DNA from: Penicillus capitatus
Taxonomy: Eukaryota; Plantae; Chlorophyta
Reading direction: 5' to 3'
NCBI GenBank assembly: GCA_965649825.1
Contig: OZ287696.1
Span: 62,001 to 126,000, forward strand
DNA: 64,000 nucleotides
Under the pieces are notes generated by a model. The model was not told the origin of the DNA. It searched no databases and saw nothing but the letters and a program-made list of their open reading frames with translations. A program made the translations under genes and the position numbers. This document shows positions 22,088-35,457 of the stretch, in pieces; the first letter of the stretch is position 1; every line of letters starts with the position of its first letter.

Positions 22088-23270
22088 ATGGTGCATTCTC
22101 GTCTATCGTTGTCTCTGTGTCTGGCGGCCATCGTCTGGTCCATTGCCGTCGTGCAGGCACAGGACATCTGCCAGTATAGGTACGCATCGTATTTGTCACG
22201 TGCCATGAAGTCCGATGTACCTCTGTGCCATGCAGTTGCGTTGTCGGTCTGTATTCTCAGTTCTGTGGAGGGGCTCGATGCAACCCCAACGCACGAGCGG
22301 GAACGGAACAGGGTCTTTGTAACGCCGCCTGTCTCAACGCTATCGGCGGCGCAGCTCTTCAAGACTGCCTGGCTTCCGAACCGACGTTCGTCGGCTCCAC
22401 TGTGGATATGCAACTCGAAGTGTTGAACGAAGTTGAAAGTATGATCGCAATGGGCGCCACGTACCGTATGTGACAAGTTGTGTGTACTGCTCAGCTTTTT
22501 GTATCGCTATCGGTGCGTTAGACGTCAACAATGATACGGCGATACCCTCGGATATCGCAGACGAGGCGACTCCCAGTGGAGTCTCGGTAGTAGATGCCTC
22601 TATCGTTGCCGAAGGATCTGTTACCATCATAGAAATACCACCACCATCGGCAGAGGCTATCGACTCGATCGTTAGTGTGACCGCCATCGACTCAATTGTC
22701 AGTGTGACCGCCATCGATAGCGAAGCGGCTCCAGATTCTGATATCGTCCCCGAGTCGTCTCCGATGGTAGAGAAATCCGCCCCTGCTTGCGAACCAGAGA
22801 TAGAAGAGATAAGTGCCGTGGCCTCCGAATCCGAAGCTGCCGAGAGCAGCGCCGCGCCAAGCTCATCGGAAGAAGCTCCTGAATCGGACCCCCTCGATTC
22901 CGAAGAAGCCGTCGCAAGCGAATCGGCCGTTGCATCCGAAGACGCACCCGAGTCCGACGAGATTGAAGAGAGTGAGGTGGCGGAAGAGAGCACAGACAGT
23001 GAGGAGGCGGAAGAGAGTATCATCGAGAGCGAGGAGGCAATGGAGAGCATCGAGAGTGAGGAGGCAGAAGAGTCTGATTACGCACTCGAAAGTGAAGAGG
23101 CCGTCGAGTCCTCCGAAGCAGCTCCCAGTTCAAGCGAAGAGGCTCTCGAGTCCGACGAAGCCGCCGAGTCATCGATGGAACCCGAGGCCCTTCCGTCTTC
23201 CATCATTGCCGAAGACGCCGACGATGACGATCTGGATGAAGACGTCATCGATTTCCTAGACGATCTCTAG
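22088..23270 (+). CDS. Secreted protein: signal peptide, 8-Cys domain, long Glu/Ser/Ala-rich tail (paralogue 2)
   Basis: MVHSRLSLSLCLAAIVWSIAVVQAQ signal; DICQYS|CVVGLYSQFCGGARC...LCNAACL...DCL...|TFC; introns at the same positions as paralogue 1. Confidence 0.72.
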
Positions 23271-23976
23271 ACAACTTTCTTCGACGCGACTCTCTACGCT
23301 GCGTGAGTAATGTGCTCAGGTCGCGTGATGCATAGTTAGTAGTTTACTTGCTGTCTGCTGTTACACAATCCAATCGATCACAACTGAATCAATTTTTCAA
23401 GTTGCATCGTGCATCTCATAAAGCTCGAATCATCAGTCGCGCTTGGAGGAAGCAAACCAGCTGTTTTCTATGTAGACGACACCCAAGCCGTCGTTTGAAG
23501 GATCTTAATCTGATGAAGCTGACATGTGACAGCAGCTCGTGCAAGAAATACTTCGTGACGAACTTTCTATCGTTAGTGCTTGTGTCCTAACGCTTTAATC
23601 CTTTGTGTCCTGTGCTGAGTGACGTGCTAGTTCTTCGTAATTCCGTTCTTAATGACGGTGCGCAATAATGGCATCAACAACAACAACAATAATGCAGCGA
23701 GGTAGCACGCACGGATCTGTGAACCGCCAACGATGCAGGCTGCATTTCTTTTTTCAGCCGACGACGCGGCTTCCGCTCAGATTTCTAATTGGAACAGCTC
23801 TGTTGGAGACCTTTGATGTTAAATGCAAGGGGAGAATTGTTCCGAAGGAAAAAGTGTAACGGATGTGTGAAGTTTTCAGTAGAACCCTCATCATCATCGC
23901 ATCGATAGATCAACCACAAAGAGGACGACAAAACTCGTGGTTCCCTCCCCCCTCACGCACTCAGACAGATCCAGTG

Positions 23977-25271
23977 TTAACCTGAAAGGGAAGGAAAGAC
24001 GTTTTCGGATGCCATATCGATGTTTTGTCGACCGCCTCCCCGGCCATAGCCATCGCCACGGCCACGGTAACCACGACCGCGCCCAGCACGTCCTCTGCCA
24101 TCACCGACTGTCACATCAAGTCGGCATTGATCTGACGGTTACCTTGGGTAAGCACCACCAGAGTCGGTTCTGGGCAGATCGGGAGGGGGACCAGCTCCGT
24201 TCGTCCATTTCGGTGCCATACCATCTGATTCAAAATCTCGACTACGTCCGCGGCCGCGTCCACGACCACGGCGAATTGGTTCTCCAACACGGAAGGCGAC
24301 TTCCACTACCTCCACTTCCTTCTCTCTCTTCTCTTTTCTTTTACGAATTCTCTCCACTTCCAGTCCCTCAAATCCAGACTCTGCTGGAGATTTCTTTAAC
24401 ACGGCCATGCCATCGAACTGCGTTTTATCCACCATAGGTGTCTCTTTCTTCGTAGGAGCCAACAGCAGGACGTTCTTATCTTTCATCATCTCTTCGTATT
24501 CGGACAACGTAAACACAGGTTTATCCTCTGGCTTTGCCTCTTCTTCTTTCTGTTCCGTTTCTTCTTTCTCGGCGGCCTCCTCGCCTTCCGCTTTCACCTC
24601 ACTCGTCACACTAATGACTTTGATGTGACAGGCAGACGTCACATGTCCAGATGAAAGGCATACTTGTCGGTGGCGGGTGTCTCCTGTGGCGTCTCTTCTG
24701 GCAATCCCCATCCGGAGTCCTGATCTGGGGTGACTTCTCCTTCGACACCCCAGTTGCCTTTGCCGCCGCCGTGGCGCTTCTCAAACTCGTGTCTGTCTCG
24801 AACACTCTTTCTTTCGATGGGACGTCCTTCATGACTTCACAGATCTTACCCTCTGCCCGTGCCATCCCGTCGATCATACTGTCGCTTTCCAATGCGGCCA
24901 GGAGGCACAGCTCCACGCCCACGGCCGCGTGGAGCACGCGGTGCTTGATGTTGACGAGCCCCTTCAAAACCGCGGCCATAGTCACCACCTTCATAACTTG
25001 TTTCTCTGGAGAGTGCGTCCGGTCGACGAGCACCTCGACCCGTCCCGCGTCCTCGTCCCCCACCTCCACGTACGGCTAGTGGTCGGTATCTTTGAGAGAG
25101 AGGCACAAAATCTGTGAGAGCTATGCCTGTGGATGACGTGGCGGTCGGTGTCTGCGGCTTTTGTTTGGTCGGTATCGTCACTGTTTCTGCCAAACGCTCG
25201 GCATCGTCGTTCTGCTCGTCGTCGACCAATAATGCGAACGGATTGTCCGTCGCGACGCCGTAGACGGCCAT
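23977..25271 (-). CDS. Stm1/HABP4-PAI-RBP1 family RGG-box RNA-binding protein, 3 introns inferred
   Basis: NPFALL N-terminus, KRQYDRRDGTGRG|HEFEKRHGGGKGNWG, FTLSEYEEM, RGG repeats, C-terminal FPSL. Confidence 0.85.
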
Positions 25272-26508
25272 CTCCCTTCGAGCAAAATGCGAACGAACAA
25301 ACAAACAATCGGAAATTTAATGTCGCTTCTGTCTTCAGTACAGGCAAAACGCCATCGACTTCAGAGCGGCTCTCCTTCTAAACACATCATATCACAGCAA
25401 CACGGGAGGCGCCGCTGGCGACCGACGGTCCTGAAGCCGCGTCGACCACAACCGTGCGGCCCATGAGAAAAAAAGACAAGGAACTTACCGTTGTGGTCGC
25501 TTTGTGTACAATTCGTCGTCGACTTTTGTCTCTATCGGGCTGAGCTGACAGCGGCGACGTGGCTGACGTGACATTTCATTACGTAAACCATGCGCAACGC
25601 TATGAGGGAACGCACAAAACGAGTTCAGCTGCTATGTGTTCGGCACCTAATTCCAACGACTCCGCTGAAAACGGTGCGCGTACCGGTAGACACGTCGCAG
25701 AACACAGAACGCTTTTATAGATTTGCAACGAGTGTACCGGCGCTTCCTCCTTGACGAACTGGAAGACCCCTTCATGGAGTCACACGATTTTCGCAGGCGA
25801 GGATGACACGTCGCGATCGCTGGCTATGAGGTCTGCATATTAGGCGTTTTTCAGAGAACCGACGGAGACCGTTGCGTTCGTTCCCAAGACTACCAGCTCC
25901 GATTCAGCCACTAGAAGCTGGCCATCTACGTTACGAACTCGAACAATGCATTTCAGACGGAGGTCCGTGTGACACCGGCTGCAACTCCTGTCACATCATC
26001 CCTTAGGTTTCCGTCAGCTAAACGAACGCATTGGCCGTAGCATTGCTCAGAAAAACAATATCGATGTATCTCAAGCCAAACAGCCGACAGAACAGGAAGA
26101 AACGACACCTCAACAGTCAGGTGTGTGATCGAGCTGTCCTGGAAACGCATGAAACGCGCGCCTTTCACCAGATCCGTCATCATTAAGATCCATCATTAGG
26201 CATTATTTGTCTCCTCCCTTCTTTGGCTCTACACTTGACATGACGGCGCCGCCACCCAGACGACTGCCGAGTCAGTGGAACGCTGTGGATTTGATTTTTG
26301 GTCGAGAAGCGGGTCTCGGACGCACCAGTGCGTTACGCTTTTGAATACCCCCTTCTGTGCGCAATCGTGATGATCATGTTGCAGATCACTGGACACTCCC
26401 TCAAAAGCGCGGCGCTCTGTGTCCTTCTCAGATCCCTGCTTCCGTCAACAGAGTGGTAAGTCCATCATTCTCCATTGCATTTCCTTGCATCTTCCTGTGC
26501 ATCTCTAG

Positions 26509-27856
26509 ATCGACCGAAAACAGGGTCATGCATACACAGCGTCATTCTCGGATGATGGCAAGCTCTTTGTCGCCGGGTTCCAAGACCAACGCATTCTTGT
26601 CTACGAAGTATGACCTGCCTTTCGCGCTGCGCGTCTCTGACGGGGGTCTGTTGCAGCCTGAGTTCAACTGGGTTGTTCGGAAGGACATTACAGCACGGAT
26701 GTTGAGATGGACGATCACCGATACATGTCTCTCTCATGACAATGGCTATTTGCTGTATTCTACGATTCTACCCATCATACACATTGTCAAGCTACATGGC
26801 GAAGATAGCATCGTCGACAGTCAAGCAAACATTACAGAAATCCATGCCCCTATCTATATCGGAGAAGAAGATAGCGAAATGTGATGGCTGTCGACATTGA
26901 CCACGGTGTCACTCTTGTTGGATGTAGGTTCGGAATTTGGTCGATGGCCTGGTCGAAGGATTGTCAAGAAATTGTGGTGGGTACGAACGGAGACGAAGGC
27001 AATATCAAATTGTACAACATGCAACAGCAATACACAACGGCATCCGTTCCAGGTCGATCCAAATCGACCGACATAATGCACCTTAGCTTAACAGCCGTTG
27101 CCATTTCTCAGGTCATTTATCGGATGTCAATGCCGTTGCCTTTATGGACGATACCTCTCAAGTTTTCGTCTCTGGCAGCGACGACGCGGACATCAAGCTC
27201 TGGGATCGTCGGATTCTGGGACAGGACACGGCGCCGGCCGGTGTCCTGGTGGGTCATTTGGAAGGCATCACACATATCGATGCCAAAGGAGACGGACGTT
27301 ACCTCATCTCCAACAGCAAAGATCAAACGATCAAGTTGTGGGATGTGCGAAAAATGGTGTCGGAAGAGGTGGCGGACGGCCACCGTCAGACCAAGAACTC
27401 CACCATGCCGCATTTAGATTGGGATTATAGGTCTGATCCCGAAAAAAGAATGAGAAGGGATGAGAAGATGTGTGGCGTAGATGGAATGATTATCCTGCCA
27501 GTGAGTATCTACTGAAGCATCCTTGCGATGCGAGTCTTATGACGTTTCGGGGTCACCGGGTTCTGCAGACCCTCATCCGTTCTTACTTCTCGCCATCGTT
27601 CACAACAGGTTCACTCTTAATCGATACAGGCAAAAGTGTGAGATGTCTCAATGATGTAGGTCAGCGGTATATCTACAGTGGCTGTCGGAATGGCGCGATT
27701 CGTATTTTCGATATCTTGACAGGCGAGACAGTTCAGACCCTCAGCTGTCACAAAACCGTCGTCCGCGACTGCGCTTGGCATCCGTACGAGCCACTGCTCA
27801 TTTCAACCGCATGGGATGGACATCTTGTCGAATGGACACCTGCCCGTTCGGACTGA
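26509..27856 (+). CDS. DCAF11: DCAF11/LEC14B-like WD40 protein (N-terminal exons at about 25.8-26.5 kb not resolved)
   Basis: AYTASFSDDGKLFVAGFQ, LRWTITDTCLS, FGIWS, GHLEGITHID.KGDGRYLISNSKDQTIKLWDVRKM, WDYR, FRGHRVLQTLIRSYFSP, VRDCAWHPYEP. Confidence 0.92.
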
Positions 27857-27945
27857 CGGCGTCCACTTGTATTGCAAGACATGCATGTCTCTTTCTCGCA
27901 CACAACGGATGGATTCGTGCGATGTGATGTGACGTTTCCTTCACC

Positions 27946-29190
27946 ATGAACGGCGCTGCGATCTCATGGCAAGAAAACGTCGGGGTAACGACGCAGCGAA
28001 GGTCGGTGCGATCGTCGCGGCATCGAGAGCCGGAAGCCGCGTTGAAGACATGGCGCGTGGGGGCGCGTCATGTGCGTCGGGGACGCGTTTCCGTCGCCGC
28101 TGCGTCGGAGACACAGGTACGACGCTTGTTGCGTTCAGCCACACCAAGCCTCTCGCATTCAGAGCGAAGATCCCGTGATGATCATTCCAACCCGCCTCAA
28201 CAATGTCCCTCATCTCCGAGAAACGCGAAATTTTTTCTACGATGATGTCACACGCGGTGTCCGTGCCGCTTTGGCCGACGGCCAATCGCGTCTGTCCCTT
28301 CTGTAAGCGGCTTTTTGAAGAGATCGGAATAACAACCGCGTCTTTATTTGTAGTCTGACGATTCCGGAGACGAATCCCGAAATGGATGTCTATCGCGTGG
28401 GGACATTGCTAGAGATGGTGCGGACAGTGGCGCGTTCACTGACGGAGGATGGCGCCACTGTCAAGGTCTGCGTACAGCAGTCCATGGGTGAAGGCGTTTT
28501 CCAAGTACCCGCACGTCTTCTCGCTGTCCTTTACCCCACATAAAAGATCTCAGGGATTGCCTCTATCGCTGGCGGGTGTGAGGAGGATCATGGAAGTGAT
28601 GGACTGGGGTGATACGAAGGAGTTTGTGCAGTTCGGTGAGGTTCGGGCGTCCGAAGTCGACGACGTTTGCTCCTACTATCTGCTCATTGCCCCACAGAAC
28701 ATCGTGGGGAGCACCATTGTGACAGATCTCAAAGAAATGGTGCGTCACGTGCCTGCAAAAAGAGTGAGATGATGTGACGTCTCCCGGTTAGGTTGAGAAG
28801 ATCGAGGAGAAGGGCAACCAAATGGTACTCATCAATCCTCGTCTCCGCGATATACCATCGTCCGCAGGCGTCATGGGCGTCCGAGGACGCAAAGAACGCA
28901 TGGCATTCTCCAGTTCCTTTGCCCCAGCCTATCACTTCCGTCTACTCTACTCCTCCGGAACATTCTTTCCCATTAGGGGTGCTCTACGCTACACCTATGG
29001 CTCAACCTGGGATGTAATCCCCTCTGCACGTCTTTTCAGATGAGGACCAGATGTGCAGGTGTTCAAGAGAATGCGGTATGGAAAGAAGGAAGAGGGCTAC
29101 GAGCTATGTGGCAGCTACGATACCCAGCCAAGTGGCGCTGAGATAACCAATGCCATTCGGCAGAAGAAGACTTCAAATCGCTTCATGTAA
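27946..29190 (+). CDS. Plastid-targeted DUF1995 protein, homologous to the C-terminal domain of chloroplast adenylate kinase 5 but without a kinase domain
   Basis: Transit-like N-terminus; IPTRLNNVPH.RE.R.FFY.DV, IPETNPEMDVYRVGTLLEMVR, VKVCVQQSMGEG, PLSLAGVRRIMEVMDWG, NPRLRDIPSSAGVMGVRGR. Confidence 0.85.
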
Positions 29191-29311
29191 TGCCATCGAT
29201 CATTGAACACCGTCTCGCACTTTCGTCGAGGAAGGAAACGTTTCTGAAATGATGATCCGAACGCAAAGCACGGTGCGTGAGGCAATAGACGACATCGGTT
29301 GAGGATCTTCG

Positions 29312-30158
29312 ATGCAGGGATGGACGGCGTCACGATCGTCATGGCTAGGGACACGTATGAGTGGAGGGCTTGTTACGAGTGCCCCACCATCGCGTGCACT
29401 CTGTGCCAACATCGTGGACGAGACGCTCTACGGCGAACGTTTCCGTCTGCACAACCTTTCGCCTCAAGAGGCATCGCGAAAGAAGAAGAAGCGAAAGGGC
29501 AGGGGTTACTCGGCGGGACAGGGAGGCAGTTGTGGTTTTGGTATGCGCGGACAGAAGTCGCGATCGGGTCGCAGCGTCAGACCTGGATTCGAAGGCGGAC
29601 AGACACCGCTCTACCGACGCCTGCCAAAACTCAGAGGCATTGCAGGAGGTCTGTCTGCAATGTCCGATCCTTTAGACAAGGCAATCTGACGATCATAGGG
29701 ATGCCGGCTGGACGGACGAGATTTGTCACCATCAACGTGGGCACACTGGAGCAGCGATTTGACGAAGGCGATGTGGTGGATCTGGCAACACTGAAGGAGC
29801 GTGGCATCATCAATGCCACAGGCAAAGAACGCAAACTCCCACTCAAAGTCACATCTCTCACTCTTTTGTATCGAAGTGTGATGGCGGACGGCAACAGATA
29901 TTGGGCGAAGGTTTGATTCAGAAGGCGATCGAGATCAAGGCAGCTGAGTTTTCGAGTACAGCAAAGCAAAAGATTGAAGAGGCGGGCGGGACACCAACCG
30001 TTGTCCCTCTGAAGCCAAAGTGGACTCAAGAACTCCACGAGCAACGCGTTGCCGACGGTCTGATCGTTCCCAAGAAGACAAAGCGTTATTACTATCTCCA
30101 AAAGCTAGCGGCGGAGAAGGCGGCGGCGGAAAAGGCGGCGGAATCGACGAAGCCGTGA
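29312..30158 (+). CDS. RPL15: Plastid 50S ribosomal protein L15, 2 introns
   Basis: [58 protein letters not shown]|MP, LPLK|[19 protein letters not shown]. Confidence 0.97.
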
Positions 30159-31353
30159 GATCGACACAGATTTTATGTCGAATTTTGATGGAACTTGATT
30201 TACACTTTGGTTGAGACGATTCCAATACACAGACATAGATGTCCTTATGGAGCTTAACCATCCACCGTTCATGACTCATCTTTACGGACCCATCGTCACC
30301 ACAACGGGGCTGTACATCTGCATCGAGTAAACTCAATGCGTCAAGAGAACAACAACGACAATAGCATTCAATGATAAGAACGGCAACAACGACGATGGCG
30401 ACAAGAAAACGCACAACAGCCACAGAGTCTTGTCAGTAAGGGATTCTTGGCCGTTTCGCGTCGTCTCATCGTCCTTTGCTTTCATGACAGAAGATGGATG
30501 GCCATCAGCAGCAGTTTATAAAGATGCTACAGACTACTCCATGTTATGGGCCGCCAGACCTAGGGACGCCCATGACTAGATAACATGTCAGCAAAGCTCT
30601 AACTAAATGTCGTCGGAATGGAGAGAGAAGAGGACAGAAGACAGGATTCCGTACTTCAGCCTTTAGAGAATGGCAATCTTCTTAGAGAGACACATTCGTC
30701 TACAGTGCGTGTGCCAGAAAGGAGAGGAATGGCATCGACGCCCATGACCAGGAAATGGTTTTCGCCTTCAAGAGTGGTGGTCCAAAGAGACTTATTGCTA
30801 TGAATAGAAAAACAACATACAAAAGAGAAAGTCGTCTAAGAACAGCAAGGGCTTGGCTCGCCTGCAGCCCTTGGCTTCGAGCTTCACTCTATCGTCTGCT
30901 GCTCAGCGATGTGATAGAAAAAAGTGTAAAAAAGTTCTTTGCATGATGTGACCTTCCCGCTATTTCATTTCCGCGACCTCATGCCTCTTATAGTAATGTA
31001 AAAACATAAATAAAGACGAACCAATGGAAAGAATGACTGTGGGACTGACGCAGGATAAAAATGTGTCACTGAGAAATGCAGACTATCCATCCATGTCGAA
31101 CAGACACATTCCAGCACAATCGCTGTCCAAAAGTCAAGAAGAATAAAAGCCATCCTGCGTTTCCATCCCTACGCGTTTTCCTTCCTCGTTCGAATACCTA
31201 TGTCGCTGAAAAACTTCCGTGTTTATTCAAAACTTTGGGCGCAACGAAGTCCTTTGACCGGACTCCATTGCAGGGAAAGCGAAAGATAAGGCATGGCTGA
31301 AAGGAAAGGCGATCTGTCAACTACTGCTCTCTCCATTCGACAGTTGTTCCGGT

Positions 31354-32599
31354 TCATTTTCGAGTGGTACTGTGAAATTTGAACTCAACATCATCGTCCC
31401 AATCAAATTCCAGCTTTTCGGACTCGACCCAGTATTTGTTAGGCGACGATGGCACGTCGGCCTCGGCGTTGTCTGAGAGTGACGTCAACGTTTTGACTCC
31501 GGCAAGGACGACAACGGCAACAGCCCATGTCCACACGCTGGTGAGAACCTTCTTGCTGGCCTGAAGAAATCCATTGCCAAATCGCTGGTGCATTGACAAC
31601 TCATCTTCGTCATCTGTTTCGCTAGAGCATCGAGGAGAGGGAACGTAGATGCGTTTGGTAACGAAGCTCGCTAAAACACACACCCCTTGCATGACCACAC
31701 CATCGACAGCTGCAGTACATACCTCGTCTCTTGTCAAAGCACGAGAATTTGGTGGGCTCGTCGTCGTCATAGATGTCGAACGGACCACCCGTCAACGTGA
31801 GTAATTGCGGTTTTTCTGGGTCCCCATCACTGGAACGTTCCAGCGGCTGCATGGACCACGTGTTTCTGAGATTTCCAATTGAATCTTGCACGTCTGGTGT
31901 GACAATCTGGTCATCTTCCAAATCGTCCCACTCTAAATCGTCAAGTAGCAGAGCTTTGTCGTCATCTGAGAATAAAAGACTGTCGTCGTCTTCATCCCAC
32001 GAGAAGGCGACGTCCTCGTCATCCACAGAATAGCGACTTGTCATGGATGGCGGTACATCCAAGCTATGGTCGTCGTTATCGCCCAATGACAAGAGCTTCT
32101 GGGATGCTTCGAAACAAGAAGTAATATCCTTTTTCTTGATGTAAACTTCCGCATGGCCTCTGGCGCTGTCTGGGGAATGCGCTCTTTTCATAATGGCTCG
32201 GCGCAAATCGTTTTTAACAGCGGCGCGTAAGGACTCTAATTTTGCTTTCTGAGAATCGGTAGGGGAAGCGGCGCGCTTCGTCTCTCCCTTCTTCGTCGAG
32301 AAAGACTCGGTTTGGCAGATAAGCGGATGGTCGTCGATGTCTGGCTTCCAGTTGCGGAAAGACATCGATTTTTGCAGCTCACGGTCGAATTTGCGCTTCG
32401 GCGAGAGATCTAGTACCGGTCTGCTCACAGCGACTTCAGCATGTTGACGGCTGAAGCTCTCCCACGCACGGGCCGACTGTAAGCAACGTACATTCTCCTC
32501 TACAGAGACCAATGCGTCACATGCGTCGTCGAGAGGCGGGCGACACGAGCGACCGAGCAACAACGACGCGGCGGAGCACTCACCGTGTGGACTATCCAT
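31354..32599 (-). CDS. Hypothetical protein, acidic low-complexity middle and a hydrophobic segment near the C-terminus, one intron inferred
   Basis: ORFs 31622-32734 and 31354-31788 join in frame via gtatgt...ttttag; ATG at 32599. No family recognised. Confidence 0.55.
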
Positions 32600-32816
32600 C
32601 TGTCGAGGAATTGGCGATGAGAGGTTAGCGCTTCTTCGGGGAACAGGGTAGACGATGGTAAGCAAGGCGGAGTTTGTCGCGCGAGGGACAATACGGAACG
32701 CACGGACGAAATGGTGAGCTACACAAAGAAGCAACTGTTGTTCGCACGAACAAACAAATGAAGCCCTGACGGGAGCGAACGTTGCGACACGTCTGCCCGA
32801 ATGTGTCTAACCGTCC

Positions 32817-33905
32817 TCAATGGTTGGATCTAAGCTCTTCGCCACAAACGGAGCAGGTATCTCGTGAGGTGCAAAAAATAGACAGGCAGGTGGAGCAGGC
32901 AAAGCCAATGTCAATAGCTTGATCATGACAGAAACAGGAAGCAGTGAATTGCACTGTCTCGTTGCGTTCCAGTACAAACTGCTTGCGTATCGCCACGTTG
33001 CTGGCAAAGTAGGAATTTAGATACTGCAACAGGAGCGACGGTTCCTGTGGGCGAACGTAGATTCCTCCTACAGATATATCAAGGCAACGAGTCAGGAACC
33101 GTCGCAGATCGATGAGGGTTTGCCTGTCAGGTGGCTGGACTGCTGGAGAAAAGAAGAATCTGTGTGCCCAAGGTGGACAGTATCGATCGGAATGGCACTG
33201 CGCTGGGCGGCAAAGATCCCATTCATGAGTGGGATATAGTGCCCGGCAACATCTGCAGTGCACTGGAGGACAAGAATGCGTCTGTGTTGTGGACGTGACT
33301 GTCCATTCGAGATGCCTCGTGCATGCAGATAGCAGAGGGATCGAGACAGAGCTGCAGCTAAACTGGGATCGCCTAGGCCACATCATGCCACATCAGTCCT
33401 CGTCATCCGTTCAACAAGACACATACGATGTCTATCCGTCAACAAGGAGTTCAAGGCACTGTGAATCGAACGGTAGACAGCGCTGCCAATTAACAAGCCG
33501 CCTTTCTTGGCTTTCTGATCGGCATCATGCCGAAACAGCAACGGACTAAAAAAACCGTCGTCTCGTTCAAAGTGTGAGGTACGATGGTGATGTGACCTTT
33601 GAGAGGAGTGGATCGCAAAGAGAGCCAGTTCGTTTGAGGCATTGAGAAGCAGAAAACCGTTTATGAACGCCACGATCTGCAGGTGAAGTTCTCGGCTGTG
33701 CTGACAAAGGACGGTGGAGCACTTGCTGCAATGGAGAGGGTATGTGATGGTGTTCGCCTGAAGTCTGTAAGATCGAAGAATGGGCATCAATCAGGACGAC
33801 AAGACTTTCAGAGTCATCTGCAGAGAAGAAGAGTGTCTAGCCTAGTTATGGACTGCTGTGTGTCACATCACCTTCGGTCGTTTCTGTTTCGTTGTCCGAC
33901 GTCAT
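32817..33905 (-). CDS. TFB4: TFIIH subunit p34/Tfb4
   Basis: DDSESLVVLIDAH, IVAFINGFLLLNASNELALFA, LLLQYL, FTASCFCHDQAIDIGFACSTCLSIFC...CSVCG. Confidence 0.9.
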
Positions 33906-35457
33906 TTTCTCGGGGATGGGTGTGGTCTATGGGAGGCGAGACGACGTCTGCGGCAGTACTGTGCGGGGTTTTGCGTTGGTGGGTCATCAAGATCATCCGC
34001 TGCAGCGTTAACGTCTCTACACAACTGATGTGACATCCGTTGTTGCTGGCCACTCGACCCATGATGCGTTGCCGTGGTATCTGCGCCGCTCATTGCCGCA
34101 ACATGTACTGCGACCATCTTTTGATATTATTTGGCAAAATGCACATGATCTTGGAGACACGGCGTTCAGATCTTTTGGTCGGGCGACGGTGGCCGTCGCG
34201 ACCGCACGTCGGCACACCATCGACGTCCTTGTGCCCATCTGTCTCATCGTATCCGATGACGTTCGGAGTGACGGGCTATAAAATGCTTTGCTGTGCGATG
34301 TGCGCCGCAAAATCTGCCGAAGATAGAGAACAGAGACGCTCCGGAGTGTTCAATCAGGAGTCCGTCCTTTCGAGACGAGTATCCTTGTCAATAGAGACAC
34401 AAGGATTCGGATGGGTACATCGATATGATGCTGTGCCGCAGTGCTAAACGACGGCCGCTTCGATCTTCCTTCGACGTTCCGTCATGGGACGCCGGAGGGA
34501 AGTTCTTCGTACGAAAAGCAATGCCACCTCGACACCGCGTTACACTCCTGAACTTCTCGCGGCACGGCGCGGTTCTTGAAGTAGACGACGCGTCATTTGC
34601 TTTTTGACGACTGCGTCATTGGCGTGGATGGCGCCGCCTTTGCGAAACAAATTTTGAGCAGTTGACGAATAAAGCACTAACCGAAAGAGGACTCAAGAAA
34701 ACCTGTTTTATCCATCCTCTTCATTCACGCAATCGTTCTCGAGCGAAGGAAGAGGTATCTTGCACGTGACGCGCGATAGTGGCATCTTCGATGGTCCACG
34801 TCAGTGGCCGTCTTCTAGAGAGTATGGCATATGTGTGTCTATGGGATGCATTGCAGAAACAATCGCGCAGCAGAAGGTTAAAAAGTTGCGACAGAGAGTG
34901 CCTTAGCAATCAGATATGCAAAAGCCTCCCAAAGGCGTTGATCTCATTCGTCCAAATCGCAGCTATTCTTCTGAACCATAACGCCGGATACGCCTGCTGT
35001 GCACCGCAGAATAATGTAAGAAGGCGACGTCCATCGCTCTTCTAGTTACCCAAGTTGCTATGACGAACTTAGCGCCCGTCCACTTCCGTGTCGACAGAGA
35101 AAGTAATTTTTCTAGCAAAGGAGCTCCGTTATCGAGCTTGGTGTGGGAAATCTACTTGCGGTTCTCGATAGAGACAATCGAGGAGCTTCTGTCTCCAGAA
35201 TCTAGAGCACGATCTTATCTTCATGGAGCGACCCTTGTACGCATCACCGGAACGACCACGACCACTTTCGATTCCAGCGGCCACATGTGGCCGCCTTGCC
35301 CAGACACACGATAGCTTCGGTCGATGCACATGTACATATACTTGCCATGCATCTTTAACTATCTCACTTAGTTACGTTACGCAGATAGCTATTCTCTCGT
35401 TTAGATATTGTTAACACAACTCGCTTTGTTTAAGAAAAATCTGAAAATGTGTCACTT

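Noticed and set aside
34040-35420. Candidate genes between TFB4 and RPH1
   Set aside because: Short ORFs in several frames; no coherent spliced model or family motif.
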